A stretch of 64,000 bases of DNA from Marsupella aquatica (lineage: Eukaryota > Plantae > Marchantiophyta), in the NCBI GenBank assembly GCA_973895155.1, contig OZ316895.1:10342184-10406183 (forward strand), read 5' to 3'. Of this stretch, positions 13,320-37,010 are shown piece by piece (within the stretch, counting starts at the first letter, position 1; the number at the start of each line of letters is the position of its first letter). Under the pieces are notes generated by a model. The model saw only the letters and a list, made by a program, of their open reading frames with translations. It made no database searches and was not told where the DNA came from. A program made the position numbers and the translations under genes.

Positions 13320-14311
13320 TTAGTCGCTTGGGACAAAACCACTTAGGATACTCTACCTTGGCTGCCGCTCATCATCTCTGTCTAACACTTCTGGTGGATC
13401 TTAATCCAGTGCTCTTAGTCTCTAGCGCTCTTAGTCTCTAGCTCTCAACGGTCTGACATTAATACTGTATATAATCCACCTCGCTTCTGAGGACTAATTA
13501 AGCATTCTCAGAAATTCCTTCAAGAATGTTGTTCAAATGTTAGACATTTAAGAACCCCCTGAATTTTAATTCGCAGTTCGAACATGCATTGACGAGTATT
13601 TGGCCCAAACCCATTGATGCATTCAGGTTGTAGAACTATGCTATATGGATCAATCGAGATTGCAAGTGCAAAATATTGTCAGTGAGATGTACGTTTGTTA
13701 GAAATAAACTTCTGTTATTTTTCTAGAAATTTAGACAATAGTTTGCTATTAGCAGCAGAAAAACCTAGTAGTACTCACTATTTTTTCCTTATATTATACC
13801 TCTCCAAACCTTCAAGAAAGAAACCAGATGCATAGCATACACTTCTCAATGAAGACATCGAATTTACAGCCAATTGAGAGCATGTGCCCTCGAAGACAAT
13901 GACGTTGTGAAGAGATGAGAGTTACCGAGTACAAGGTTGGTGTCCAACGGGATCTTAAAGTTGGGGCATTTCGTAATAACCTCTTCTAACGCTATATAAA
14001 ACGAGCCGGGATTTGATGCCCTTTGTTCTATCCTATTTGTGTGAACTGCCATAATTGTTAGACTTGGTGGCAAGACAGCAACCGGAACCTAAACTCTGAA
14101 CTGAAAACGCCACCTAAAAAACTGCGAAGGGGATGTGGTTCTAGCTCAGGCAAGTGCTACAGACCTGTTAGATTTCTTCCAGCTACGGGTGTTCAGCAGT
14201 AGGAACGACGACTACCCGTTCTAGCAAACCATACTACGTGAATCAGACCTAGACAGTCCATCTGTCGGAACAGGGTCTAGACCTTTACAAAAACATGAAA
14301 CTGTGTTACAG

Positions 14312-14603
14312 CAGCTAGAACAATACTGGCCCACTCCCGGTCTACAAGTTCGGATTATTTAATACCCTTGCATGGAGAAGCTAGAACAATACTGGCCCAT
14401 TCCCGGGTCTACAAGTTCGGATTATTTACTACGCTTGCATGGAGACGCGCTCTACAGTGAATTTTTGTGGATTTAGCTCAGGCTAGCTCTGCAATCTGAT
14501 CAGGTCCGGCCGTTCCATTCCTGGGACTACAAGTTCGGATTATACTACACACGTGCTCTACAAGTGAATTTCTGTGGAGCTCAGGCTAGCTCTGCAATCT
14601 GAT
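14312..14603. repeat. Compound short tandem duplications downstream of the TIO stop codon
   Basis: agctagaacaatactggccc x2, ctacaagttcggattat x3, gctcaggctagctctgcaatctgat x2. Confidence 0.75.
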
Positions 14604-14822
14604 ACGTACCGGTCCAATGTTGGCGCACCCTTAGTTATCTGCTCTCTGCGATTGACCTCTGGGAGGGTTCCCTTGTGAACCTCCCGCATCTACCCTTGCT
14701 CTCTTATTGGTTACAACGTAAATTGTACGTAGTATCAAGGTATTTTCCAATGAAAAAAAAGGACCTTGGAATTGGGAAGTGGATACCTAGGTACAATAAA
14801 TACAGTCTATGGCACCAGGAAG

Positions 14823-23787
<8,965 letters not shown>

Positions 23788-25229
23788 TATGTTCTATTCT
23801 CCGATCCAGGGCATTAGAAGGGAAGCTCTCACACTACCTTCCAAAAGTTCAAACAAATCACGGCCCCGCCCCGCATTGCACCTGTTTCCATTACGGAACG
23901 CATCGGCCTATGTCAAACTTTGACAGACCCACATGTAACTACTGAGTACTCCGTATTTGATATCATGATTTCCATCATGTCTCACCAAAAATGCATCGTA
24001 GAGATAACGAAATACTGCAGAGTACGTACGAGATCTTCGATATGCAGTGATTTTAGGACGTCAAGCACTCTCTCTCTCTCTCTCTTTTTCTCTGACCGGA
24101 ATGCATCGGCATTGCACAAATTGACACTCACAACAAAATACTGCGACTAGCTTTCACACAGATAAACTGTCCTCGTACTGTGGCGTACCATTGGCACCAA
24201 ATGATACAATCTTCCCAATTCGTCTTTTCTAAATTCCCCAGATCTCTGTGAATCTGAATCCCCGGGGCCTCGTTACCCACTCGCAAAGAAACGCAATGAC
24301 ATCTTCAGTACCTTATCACCTCGATCACGGAACTCGCAGCTGGCCTACTTGTTCAAACCCGAGACATATTGCAAATCGTTATCGCCTCATGCTCCCTGCC
24401 TCTCTGCCTTGCGGTCTCAGCTCCTGCGTCGCGGATCGTCCTCGAGACGGGAGACATCCTCTTCCGTTCCGTTCCTGTTGCAGAGCTCTCTCTTCACCTG
24501 GGATGAAATTGAGCGGATATCCGTCGAGAGGTGAAGTCATAGAGTTCGGAGTACATTATTGAACCGAAACAGAAATCCACATCCCCGTTGGTTCTGGTCT
24601 TTGCATCGTCCTCTCACGCAGAGAGCTTTCCCTCCATCTTTCCTTCGCTTCTCTGTTTCATGACCGGTCTTGTGTTTCTCTCTGCTTCCTCGACGAACGA
24701 AGCGCGGGGTATCGACGACTGTAAATTTTCAAAAACCGTAGGTAATACTGGAAAGTTACTCCTGCAATTTACCGTACTCCTCCAGGGGACGGCAGGTAGA
24801 ATCCGGTCGGACTGTTGTCCTGTACACTCCGGTCCGACCAGTCCCGTACCATAGGGGTCCTAGGCGACCTTACAGTCCGTTGAATCTACCCCCGTTATTC
24901 ATTTTGTAGTTTGTTAGGTCTAAGGTCTCTGCTCGGAGGGGACCATAACTTGACTTGAGTACTCCCATAGACCAAACACTTTGTTTTGGGGGAAAATTAG
25001 TTTGAGTACCCCTTGGTTATATAAGCTTGTTTTATTGATCTATTTGGAACCATGAAGGGTTGCACATTGAGATAGATATGTAGATGATAGGGCAAAGATG
25101 AAATGGAGGATTCTAAATCAAATGAGTTTCAAAGCTAGTTAGGAAAATTTCCATGAAGACAAATACGAGAATATTCATGGTAATATGGAGTGTAATACTC
25201 CATGCAAAACATTTCCCTTGGCACCTCTA

Positions 25230-25579
25230 TCTACAACTATAGTAAGGGATCCCGCCTTTTTTTGTCCTTCGTCCCAATACGAAAAAGCTCCTGGGCGGGA
25301 AAGATCCAGAGCCATTGGGTTCGATTAGCTATTTTCCCTGACCATTGATGGAGAAAATGTGCACCCCTGGCACATATGTGCTTCCCACTGCCCCATAAAC
25401 ACCATACCCCTGCCCGCCTCCCTAGGGACTCCCTATGGGCCGACCCTCTCAATATGTTTTCTCACATCAACATCTTTTCGTGACCTTGACATCTTTTTCT
25501 TTACTCGACATCCTTTTCTCACCTTGACAATGTTTTCTCGCTTTGATATCTTTTGTGCAACGCACAAGCATTGGGCTAG
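25230..25579 (+). mobile_element. Complete 350-bp mini-Helitron (family copy 2)
   Basis: 5' end A|TCTACAACTATAGTAAGGGATCCCGC. 3' hairpin TTGTGC-AAC-GCACAA (25553-25567) lies 8 nt before CTAG|T. Inserted at an A|T site with no TSD. Confidence 0.8.
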
Positions 25580-28059
25580 TATATAGATAGATAAATAAAC
25601 TAGACTAGTTCACTACCCATTCACAGCAAGAATTTTCATCTTGTTGATCCTGAACATGGTAGTTATGAAAGATTGCAAGTGCTTAAACCACAAGTCATAG
25701 TTCAAGTACTCCGGGTGACCCGGAGTAGTCATTTCAGAAACGTGAGTGTCGCGTTTGCGGACCAATGCCTCACCACAGCCCTCCGATCAAACCTCCCATA
25801 CATCTCATTTGTTCACCAGTTGACAAGATCTATGGCTCAAATTAATGATCTCGTTGAGATCTATTTTAGTAGTGGCTGTGGAGAAAAAGGCCCTTGTTGT
25901 GGACTATTTTATAGTAAATAATTGATTTATAGATTGAAGTGAAATACACATAACAATTGAATTAAATCATTAATGTGTTATTTATTTATAAATTTAATGA
26001 ATAGTCATGTCTCTTGAATAAGCCTTTTCATCTAACCAATCACAAAAAGAATAAAAGTGATTTGATTGACCAAAAGTGATTTTTGGAATGGACAGCACTC
26101 TCTGCTCTCGGGAATATCTACCAATAAAAAATGACCCAAAAGGAGTGAGAAAACAATGAAAAACAAACGGAGTCTTCTAATTGGCTGGCTGGCTGCCACA
26201 AATTCAAAATTCAAATTTTTGGGCAGGCAGGGTAGGCTAGGGGCCACCTGGCCTTGGAAATACACCTTGCAGGGCACATAGGCGGGTGGGAGTCGGCAGC
26301 CTTTGTGAGGGTGCCTCAAACTTTGTGAAGGTACTGGCGGACTGGGTCCAGGCCACCCCGCTTGGGGGCTGGGCTTTTGTTATCACTTTATCATTAATTG
26401 TAGTCCCTTTCTTTCCAAAGAGTCCTCATAGCATACCGGGCGGAATCTTTGCCTCTCTCCGATGGGTCTCAGGTTGAAACTTTGCTTGTGCTTGCATGGG
26501 CATAGGTAATGTATCATTTTTGGTAGTTTTTGTTGTATCTTGTACCCCTGTGGATGGCGAGCACTTTCAACCACAGAAGTTAGTGTGGCCGCCACTTAGG
26601 GAGGCAATTAGGGTTAGTTACAAAAGCATTTTGAGCCTCCATGATCCAACGGCCACAAATGTACCCAATGGGGAAGCCCATGGGGAAGAGGGGTGGAGGA
26701 GTGGTAGGGGGCAAAAGGGTCTATGTGCTTACATTTAGTTCACACTTGCCATTGTCCTCTTCACTTTTGTATCATTGCATGGGTTAGTAGTTCTTCTTTC
26801 CCTTGGCTTGTGTTTTTGCATTTTTTTGGTGCAACTTTGTTTTCACTCACCAGGTTGGCTTGGTATCCGGTCTCTGTTCTAGAGTTTATAGGGGTTTTTA
26901 TAAGTAAGTTTTAGGATAGGCTACTATGAATGCGGCGGGCCATCCCCCCTCTTCCGTATGGGAGGCGGAAATGCCCCCAAGGGAGGTGATCCACCAAGAT
27001 AGCGGTATTTGAGTGATGACATAGACTACAAGAAGAGGCGGGGACAGGATGCCAAACCCCAAGTCCAGGTCCCACTTGACCATTGGGATGAGTGGAAGGA
27101 CCTTAGAGCTCTACTTGGACAAGATACCACACACTCCACTATTGTTACATGGTAACTTGATCGTGCGCGACCTACAATCAGGAGCTTCGGGTAAGGCAAG
27201 AATAGGCAGCTCCACTTCTGCTTGAGGCACAACCATTGCCCACGAGTGAGCAACACCTCGAGCAACACATGGGTTAGCCTTCATGACCACCACTTTAGGT
27301 GGATACCTTCTTTCATTCACTTAGCATGTGCCCATTTTAAATATTTGTATAAACCCTTACTGACACTGATGGTGCTTATGTGTACTATGCATAATGGGCA
27401 GAAACAAGAATATAGGTTCGCTTATATAGTAACAAACTAGCCCGATACCTGTACGTTGCACAAAAGATGTCAAGGCAACAAAAAATTGTCGATGAGAAAA
27501 AGATGTTGAGGTGAGAAAAAGAAGTCAAGTTGAGAAAAAAAATTGAAATGAGAAAAAGATGTCGAGGAGAGAAAAGATGGCAAGGTGAGAAAAAAGATGC
27601 GAAGACAATGAAACAATGTTGACGGTGAGAGAAAGATATTGTGGTGAGGTAAAGAACACAAAAAATCTGTGCGTTGCCCAAAAAATATAGAGGTGAAAAA
27701 AAATGTTGAGGGGAGAAAAACATGTCAAGGCGACAAAAAGATGTTGAAAGTAGACAAAGATGGCAAGGTGAGACAAAGTTGTAAAGCAAACATGTAGGCA
27801 AATTTGTTCCATATGCGTTGCAAAAAATGTTGTCACATAAAAAATGTCATTACATAAATATGATGTTATGCAAGGATATCATGGAGAAACGATGTCAACA
27901 TTATGTAAAAGAAAATATTTCATAAATAATTATTTTAAATGTTTTTTTCAATTTCCCTTTTTTACACACCTTTTTATTCTTCTCCCCTTTTTCAAATTTT
28001 GTCCCCTTTTTGCTCTATCTCCCCTCTCCCCACTAGAAGAATCCGAGGTGAACTGAGAC

Positions 28060-28385
28060 CGCAATATGTGACTCATTTTGGCTCATGTGACTTCATTGTG
28101 ACTCAACGTGACTTGACCCACGCTGTGACCCTTGGAGTTGCAAAAGTTGAGACCAAAAAATGGTAGTCACTATTGATACTGGGCTTTGCAACTTGCTTGA
28201 TACCCATTTGTGACTGATCTGTGACTTTATTGTGGAGTCTAGCCTTGTTTCGACGTGACTGCAATATGACTTCAGCGAGTCACATCGTAAGTCACATGCA
28301 TGACTTACCCGCATTCAACAACGACTAGCGTGTGACCATTTAGTGTCACAGGAGAGACCAATGGAGACCCTAGCCCGCGTCACAC
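28060..28385. repeat. CACTA subterminal repeat array (GTGACT/AGTCAC hexamers in both orientations)
   Basis: More than 10 GTGAC(T/C) or GTCAC motifs within 330 bp of the left TIR. A few related ATGACT/AGTCA motifs occur at 45040-45195. Confidence 0.75.
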
Positions 28386-28885
28386 AACAGAACCATTTGG
28401 GACTCTATATACTCATGTTTATAACTAATAAGGTTCACATGCAAGTTATAACCATGACTAATGAACACAGAGGGACAGTTCATAAGGAGAGAGAGCACTC
28501 GACATTACAATACATAGAAACCTGATGTTCTAACTTTAGAAATATAACACATTGAATACAAGAAATGAACATAGCATGAATGACATCCACATGAAACAAA
28601 GCATCATATAAGCAGATCCTACATAAAACATTCATAAGAATTAAACACAATCACAATCTTGCTAAAAAATGAAGATCATTTGAATTCCAATGGAATAGTT
28701 TACAATGTGATCAATGTAATTTAGACAAAACAGGAACTCATAATTGATGACTGTAGGATGAGATAACTGAAAGCACATGCATGATACTATGAATCTCCAA
28801 GAGGACATGATTCTTGTACTGCTTCTTGACATCTAAAATCTACATAACATGACTCACACTACAAACAAATAATGGCATGACATTG

Positions 28886-31800
28886 TTATGGATCCTCTAT
28901 GAACTTGCTTGGCCATAATACCAAAGAACCTACAGCATCTCCAAGTGTCTTTTGAGGAGGATCATCATTTGTGTTTGGAATGGGAAGGACAGCTTTAGGT
29001 TTCACTAGTAATGTGACTAACACTACTGAATAACCTGGGGGAATCCTCTTGCCATGGAACGTTGTGGAACCAACCTGCACTCTGGCAAATCCTACTTGTG
29101 TTCCACTCTCATCAACAGCTAACAAGCCACTTTGTCCCTCAGCATTAGGTGCTTTCCCCACTTCCACCTTAGATCTTTCTGCCAGCACTGTTCTTGGAGG
29201 TTTGTATGAAACCTTTGACGTGGCTCTGCTCCCACCAGCAGACTTGCTTCGTGTGCGCATGCTTCCTCTCTTCATAGTAGTGAAGCTAGGCTCAGTAGGT
29301 TCCTCTGTTAGGACTGTCACAATAGCAGGTTCATCACCTGGGAGTGTCATACCAACTAACTCTTTGGTTGGATTTATCTCAACAAGAGGCACACCTGTCA
29401 TTGAGAATGATACATTCTGCAAATCATTTATCTCTACAATGGAGTCAAGATCTACATAGCATGAATCTGGCTCAATGGTATCATTGTCATGCTTGCTGAT
29501 ATCCTCATTTGCCCCAACATTGATATCATCCACTCCCTTGCCAATGTCATCCTCATCCAAACATGGTTGACTGCCCTCTGTCAAACAAGTTGCTTGTACA
29601 GACTGCAACTCTGTTGCCTCTAAATTACAGCGAGTATTTGCCAGGTTCTCATACTTCTTCTCTGTAGCACCTGTCTTATTCTCTATGGACACAACAACCA
29701 CAATATATGTTACTGAAAATAACACATTCAACAAACAATGTCAATTCAAACTATACATTTAATAATCATATCCCACACAGTTGTAAAGGCCTTACCTTCA
29801 AGCCTACATGTCGTTGGCATGCCAGAAGAGTGCATCAACTTTGCCACCTCAAGTGGTGATGGTGGAACTCCTGCAGAATTGGAATCAATTTTGTCTCTCA
29901 CCGACACAACAGCTTCCATTAATATCTTGAAGTTCACATGGAACAAGTCAGTCAATGAATTCAAACGTTCATTGATCTCTGGAAGACATGTTTCGACAGC
30001 CTTCAAACGACCACTTATCTCTGTAAGTGAAGATCCACCTCCCTACATGACACAGGGGTATAGGTTCAATCACTCCATATGAAATGTTGGGCAATATATG
30101 CACAATCAATGTTATATACAGTGTACACCTGAAATTCAACGCAGGTCATTCAATTACCAATCAGAACTCATATAACTTACATGCTTGGAGGATTCAAATG
30201 CACCCTCTTGAGCCCGGGTGTTCACAATTTCAGCCCTCAACTCTTCTTTTGAAGGGCTTTGCCCCAATTGGGCTTTCTGCACATGCATGGCAAACACAAG
30301 TTATCGATCAATATTCAGGGAACGTACACTAAAAAACAAAGTTTACATGTATGGGTTTACACTAAAAAACAGTACATAGTGTAGCATAAATTACATAGCT
30401 GGGCCATTCATTCTTACCAAACGTTTAGCTGTCGGTGCAGTGTCGGTCCTTCCTGTCAGATTAGGGTTCTGAACACTCAACCTGGCCTCGGTCATCTGTG
30501 AACTCTTCTTTTTTTAAGCATCTGTTACAAAATAAGCTACTAACCTTGCCCACACTTTATCATCACAACTGGCTGGTGGAGGCATATCTGGCTTCTCCCC
30601 ACCTTCCTTCCAAGCCTTATGCATTCTCCACCTCTCTTGCTTGATGATTTTACCTGCTGTACTCTCTAGGCAACCTATGTCCACGCCATCATCACTGCCC
30701 ACATAATTCCATTTGGCAGCAACATTTTCACATACAGTCTTCCAATCTTTTGGATGTTGTTTTTTAAAATTAATAACACTCACATCTAACCAACGCAATA
30801 CTTCAGCTTTCAAATCAGCATGCCATCGGTTCTTGCGAGGACACTCAGCATCCACCCATTATCTCTCATTCAACTTTACGTTCCCTTTCTTTGTCACCTC
30901 CCCTCGTGCACTGCTCTCGGTAGTACTGGGCGTTGTATTGGCCACCCCTTCATTCACCCTACCTGGGGTTCTGAAGCCACCTGGGAAAATACAATGCCAT
31001 TCATGCTTGAGAACTACATATAGCAGAATGGATGACGGCAACATTCAATGTTTCACTTCAAGAAAAATTCTTCAAACATACATACCTGTAGCTCTGCCTG
31101 TAGATGCCTGTGCAGGGACTGCACTCTGAAATTGTTGCGACCCTGGACCACCTGTCCAGCCTAGTACAGGGGCCGGATGATATCACTTTCTAGGTATGTG
31201 TGTGCAAACATATGTACTGAAAACTAAGTACAAACTGTAGGAAAGCAACTGAACATTCACCAACATACCTGTCCCCCTTCCGTGCTGCATCTGCATAGGG
31301 GCATTAGTGAATACTTGAGTCGATGGTTCGACTGTCCAACCTGCACACATACATTTTCTATCATTATACATGTGCAGAGTCCCCCCCACGTGAATGGACT
31401 CCAGATATAATGAGTTCTTCCATTGCTGACAAGATCAGACATTACCTGCCCCTCTTCCAGCGTTTGTAGGTATTGTATTTTGATATCCCTGCCAATTACC
31501 TTCACCACCTTCCCAACCTTGTTCATTCCACGACCCACCACCATCCTCCCAACCTGGTTCAACCCATGTCTGTCCTTGTGGACATTGGAACTGATCATTA
31601 CTAGCATTTGCCCAATCAGGTTGGGCAGAATCTGCATGCAATGGCAGGTGGACAGAATTTCATGTTGTCTAAATCCAATACATACCAAACAATGTCAAAA
31701 ATTGATATGCAGTCTGAAATTCAGGAGTGCCATGCCTTCACAAAGAACTGGCATATAGATATATACTCACATCCCCATGGTTGAGGTGGACGTCCATACC

Positions 31801-32592
31801 CACTAGATTGTGGGTTTGGACCTGCTCTGCCTCTACCACGGGCATAACCTAGAGCTTGCCCCCTGCCATAGTATTGGGCACCAGCCTGGGATCTACCACT
31901 ACTACCACCTTGCCAACGTTGATCAGAGGTCAGCCCCCCCTGCTGGTATGGTGCATGCATAGGCTTCGAAGGCAAAACAGAACTGGCAGGACGTTGCATC
32001 ACATCACCAACTACAATGTCAGGAACTAAGCAAGGTACATATGTGTAGTACTGAACATATGAAACCTCTAAATAAGAGTTTTTAACTCAAAACCTTGTTG
32101 GGAAAACTACTTACCTGTTTCTTTTGGGGCTGCTCTGCAATGTATTCATCTTCATAACCCCCATCCTCATCCATTTCCTCTGGAAAATACTCATCATCTG
32201 CATCTTCTTGTCTAGTGTCTGCACCCACCTGTGCAGCATCAATGTCATCTCCACATTCTGCCATTGTAGGTACGACCTTCTTGCTCAACCTGTCACTCCG
32301 ATGCATAGGCCCAGAGATAGTGCTGGTCACCCTTCTTGCGTACTCCTTTTGTTTCTTTGAAAATGTTGTGGCTCTGCGACATTCCAATATGAGAATACAG
32401 TCACAATTTCAGTGCCACATTGAACTATTCATGTCACACAAACTCAGCGGAGGGGTGTAGTTGAGAATGGTTCCCTTACAATTCAGCCACATCCTTTTCC
32501 AGATCCAGTTCTGCGATTTTGGCTTTCACGTATGCTCGTTGTTCCATAGCTTTCCTTTCATACTCACACATCTCTGTGTCACTCTGTTCCAT
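28886..32592 (-). pseudogene. CACTA TnpA/ORF2-like multi-exon gene, disrupted
   Basis: Starts MEQSDTEMCEYERKAMEQRAYVKAKIAELDL (ATG 32592), followed by low-complexity Gly/Gln/Trp exons. Core WKTVCENVAAKWNY...KIIKQERWRMHKAW...PPPASCDDKVWARLVAYF has an in-frame TAA at 30514 before KKKSSQMTEAR...TGR. The C-terminus FHGKRIPPGYSVVLV...LPIP...TLGDAVGSLVLWP is typical of En/Spm Tnp1-like domains. Confidence 0.75.
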
Positions 32593-32748
32593 CCTACTGG
32601 ACCACAAAAACATGTCATCTATGATCACCCCGTATAACACAATGCAACCACAATCACCAGGCATCCATCCATACATCTGTGTTGCTTCAGAATTACTTTA
32701 TTACACATCCTTCCCCTCACTAATGTCCATGCAAACAATTCACATTAC

Positions 32749-35700
32749 TCATGGCACAGGCACACTGTTGGCATCTGCATCTCTGAATTCGCCTCCTTCA
32801 GCAAATGCATCTACCCTTGTCACAGGAATGAAGTCCCCGCTATCATGAACTACAGGCACTTGGTCTGAACGCCGACGATCAAAGGCACTATGAGAGTGTA
32901 AATGAAACTCAAGGTTTGATCCTTCCATCCGACGTTGCCTGGCCTGTTTATGACACACTACACGCCAACCTGGGGAGTCTTCCACATCCAGGAAGAAAGC
33001 TTGCTCCACCTGACTAGGAAACACAAATGGCTCAGACCATTCGGGCAATTTCCCTCTAAAATTGGCCAGCAAGAAACCGTCGTTGTCTCTCTTCATGGTA
33101 GCCCTGTTACCAAGCCAATCCTGCCGCACCCATGAACCTTTCATAAGAATCACAGGACTGGACACCGCCCCATAGTCCAGAGCCCATTGTCAACTAATTC
33201 TCCCACATATCCCATCTCCATCCAGGCCCTGTCGTGATTGTGGCTCTGTTGCTCAAATACAGTGATGAGCCCGCAGTCATTCGTCACCCTGTAGGCACTG
33301 TCACCATCCTGCACTCGAAAGTGATTCCCATATGCTCTCATCCGTTTGTAAGTCTTCACTTTCAGGCTAGGGGCATTAGACAGTAGGTAAACATCTGCAT
33401 CCATGTCTGGGTGGGTCTCGTGATGCTCTCTAATTGCCACTCTGATCCACTCCATGAAACCTGGAAAAGTTGTTCTTGTAGTGGGATGGGCCGCCTTCAA
33501 TGACTCATACTCCCTGAACGAACAACCACACAGCATTAGCTTGGGTAAACATGAACAGGCTGAAGGAGAAAACCACACGAACACAACATTTAAGCTCATG
33601 AACTGGATTATAGCACATGTATGCACTCACTGTATCCAGGGTTCCATCACCACAGTGTTGTGCAATACAAAGTCATGTGCCAAGTCTCTCATAGATACGG
33701 TCAGGTTCTTTGTGGTTGCAGCCCCTTCCAGTACTTCACCTATCAACCCTTCCTCCTCATCAGAATTCCACACCCTGGTCTTCACATGCTCATATTGTGC
33801 TATGTATTCGGTCAGAAATCCCAGAGTCTCATCCTTGATGTAACCTTTAGCCATGCTTGCTTCAGGTTTGTAATATGTTCTCACGTGACCTTTGAGTAGC
33901 TTCATGTACCGTTCCAAAGGGTACAACCAACGAGCACTCACAGGCCCAAATTGGTGTAGCTCTTCCACAACATGGACAAGTAGGTGGGTCATGACATCAA
34001 AAAATGCGGGAGGAAAATAAATCTCCAGGTCACACAGCACCTAAGCGACATCTTCTATCAGTTGTGGGAAGTGTGTTTCATCCCAAACCTTCACACAAAT
34101 ACGACGAAACACATCACTGAGTCGCATGATCACAGTACAAACAGGCTTTTGCAATAGGCCCCTCAGGCATAAAGGCAACACCTGTTGCATCAACATATGG
34201 TAGTCATGGCTTTTCATACTACCAAGCTTTCTAGTCATGATATGTTTCTTGAAAGCACTGCCATAGTTTGAAGGAACCTTCAAAGAACTCAACCTCTGCA
34301 CAAATAGTTCCCACTCTGTGTCTGTCAGAACATAGGGCGCTTGGTACTTCAAGAGCACATCAACTCTGTGGGCATGTGGCCTCAACCAAAGATGGGGTTT
34401 CATTCCCCTCTGTTCAAGATCCAATCTCACTGAACCAGTGTCTTTCTCTCCATACAAGAATCTGAGTAGACTATCACAAATATTCTTTTCAATGTGCATA
34501 ACATCAATGTTATGTTTGCTTGGCTCAAACTCCTGCATCGTTGCAATGCAAAAGCGTCAGAAAATGCCTCAAGTTTAGTCTCTCTCTTCGAAATGAATGC
34601 ACATGCTCTGAACCAAAACATGTATCCCAATTAGCATCAACTCCAAGAGGCTTACCCTCCAGTACTTGAGCTCCAAGTCCAATATGCTCAGTCTTTTTAC
34701 ACCATATCGCTTTATTGGATCACTCACTCCATCTTCCCTGCCCCCTCGTTTGATATAGTCATCCCTCAGTGCTCCCCACTGCCTGATCTCCTTTTGGTCA
34801 CTCGTGCCGGGGGTCCACGTTGCTCAATCTCATTGCCAAAGTGTGCAATCAGTGCCTGTCTTTCTCTGTAAGGGTGATCTGCCTTCAGAAAACGACGATG
34901 GCCCATGTATATCACTTTCTGTAGGGCTCTGGAGTACTCACTCGTGACATTGCGCCCACAGATAGTACAAGCACAATATCCTTTTGTTGTTTGGCTTGAT
35001 ATCATCCCATGGGCTGGGTAGTCAGCTATAGTCAGAATGACAATGGCTCTAAGGATGAATGGGTTTAACCTCCCAAGCCTCTGTAGGACATCATATGTGA
35101 GAACTCCTTCCTCCCAAAGCTTTCTCAATTCCTCCACTAGGGGAGCCAGAAACACATCTATGTTGGCAGATACAACACTGTCTGGCCCTGGTATCAGTAG
35201 GACCATCAGAACAAAAAATCGCTTTGTAGTCATCCAAGGAGAAAGGTTATAATTCAAAATAGTTACAGGCCAGCACGAAAATTTGTTGTTCTTGTCTCCA
35301 AATGGGTTTACCCCATCCAATGACAGCCCAAGTCTGACATTCCTCGGCTCAGCAGCAAATTCGGGATACATCTCATCTATGAGTTTCCATTGCCTTGAAT
35401 CTGCAGCATGTCGTTGTAGCCCATCATCACTTTTCTTGTCAGTTGCCCAAGTCATCATCTCCGAGATGGCACGGCTTCTGAACATCCGCTGAAGTCTGGG
35501 AATGAGTGGAAAATGACGAAATACCTTGGCGGGAACCATAGACTTTCCTGAGTTTCGATACCTGTGCTTCCCACACTTAGGGCATGTCAACGATTCTTTA
35601 TACTCCTTTCTGAAAAGAACATGCCCATCAGGACAGGCATGGATCGAATCATAGTTCAATCCAAGATTAGATATGCATCTTTTTGCCTCGTACATGTTCT

Positions 35701-36478
35701 TGGGCAAAATATTACCATCTGGTAGCACAGTTGTTCGCAAGAATGCCAACAACTCAGAAACCAAAACGTTGGGGACATTGTGGTTGCCGCAAATGTTCAG
35801 GAACATGATGACAAATCCCAGTTTAGAACATTTGCTACCGGGGTACAAAGACTTCCTGCCTTCCTGTATTTGCAGGGGAGAGCCAAACATCCCATCATGC
35901 CCAGGGGTTTCCTGCCCTATCTCAAACTCATCAAGAGGCTCTTCGACAGGGGGCACACTTGCATCTGCAGCCGTATCCTCTTCGTTGTCCAGCCCATCAT
36001 GAAATGCATCCAAGTCTTGGAAGATGTCTCTCACCATCTCTTCCACATGAATTCCTTTGTCACGTGGTGCTGCCTGAGCACCATCCCGTTGGAGAGCTGA
36101 CAACCCACAAAGACCAGCTACAACATTTTCAAATGCACCAGGTAGAACCTCACTTGCCCATCTTGCAGCATTGGCAGCATCAAATTCTAACCTCCACTCC
36201 TCGTCGGAAGAATCTTCCTCTGCAGGATCATTCCAAACTCGATGTCGTGGATCTCTTCCATGAACCGCGATATGCCGCCAAACCTCATTCAGACCCCTGG
36301 TACGGGATCCTTGGCAGATTGCACAAGGACATCTCATCCTACTGGCTCTTGAAAGTCTGGTTCGTAACCTTTCACGTTGCCAAAGCTTATTATCATGGCG
36401 TGATATCCTTGTGGGATGATGCAAAGGCAGTGCCTGTGCCCTGGGCTGGGTTTGGGGAGGGTGGTGACCAGGGTGCAT
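32749..36478 (-). pseudogene. CACTA TnpD-like transposase (transposase-associated, Transposase_21, DUF4218 and DUF4216-type regions), disrupted
   Basis: Motifs RCPCAIC, IHACPDGHVLF, PLIPRLQRMF, EPRNVRLGLSLDGVNPF, IDVFLAPLVEEL, IADYPA, YMGHRRFL, IDVMHIEKN, KSHDYH, FPPAFFDVMTHLLVH, WLYPLERYM and EPFVFPSQVEQAFF. Lesions: frameshift ~34790, TAG at 34041-34043, frameshift ~33187. Introns ~34533-34655 and ~33514-33629. Confidence 0.92.
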
Positions 36479-37010
36479 TGTAACAGGCTGGAAGCTCTGC
36501 AGTCATGGACAGCAGTGAACAGGGATGCCTAATGGTGGTATTTGTGTTCCATATATCCCTGACTGTATGTGCCAAAAGAGTTAACATAACGTGTAATAAA
36601 TTCTCACAAACCCTAAACCACCCCAAAAGAAAAAAACAGGTTTGCGAGTAGTGTACCTATTGTCAAGTGAATGACACAAAATTCCTCAATGTTTGAGGGT
36701 GTCACCACCTCCACAGCTATCCTCAAATGTACCGCCTCTACATGTACACCCATGACCATATCAGAGTCCAATCATGTATAGTCATAGGCATAGGTGTGAG
36801 AGCGGTATCAGATATCTCACCGCCGAGATTTGAGCCCACCCAGTACGTTTACAGTGACACCCCCAGGCAGCAAGAAACAACAATCCGCCAACAGTAAAAT
36901 AAGCCCAACTGCCACCAACCATAACAAGGTACATTAGTTCAAAGATCACATTTATTTCAATGATCTGATTTATACAAAAAAACTTGTGTCCAAACTGATG
37001 CTACTACTCC

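Noticed and set aside
13864-14073. Possible solo-LTR fragment (ggggcatttcgtaa motif); likewise ctccccttaca at ~46040
   Set aside because: No paired LTR, PBS, TSD or retroelement coding motif could be identified by eye.
27385-27836. Phe/Leu/Ser-rich membrane-protein-like ORFs
   Set aside because: They are translations of the low-complexity Helitron repeat body.
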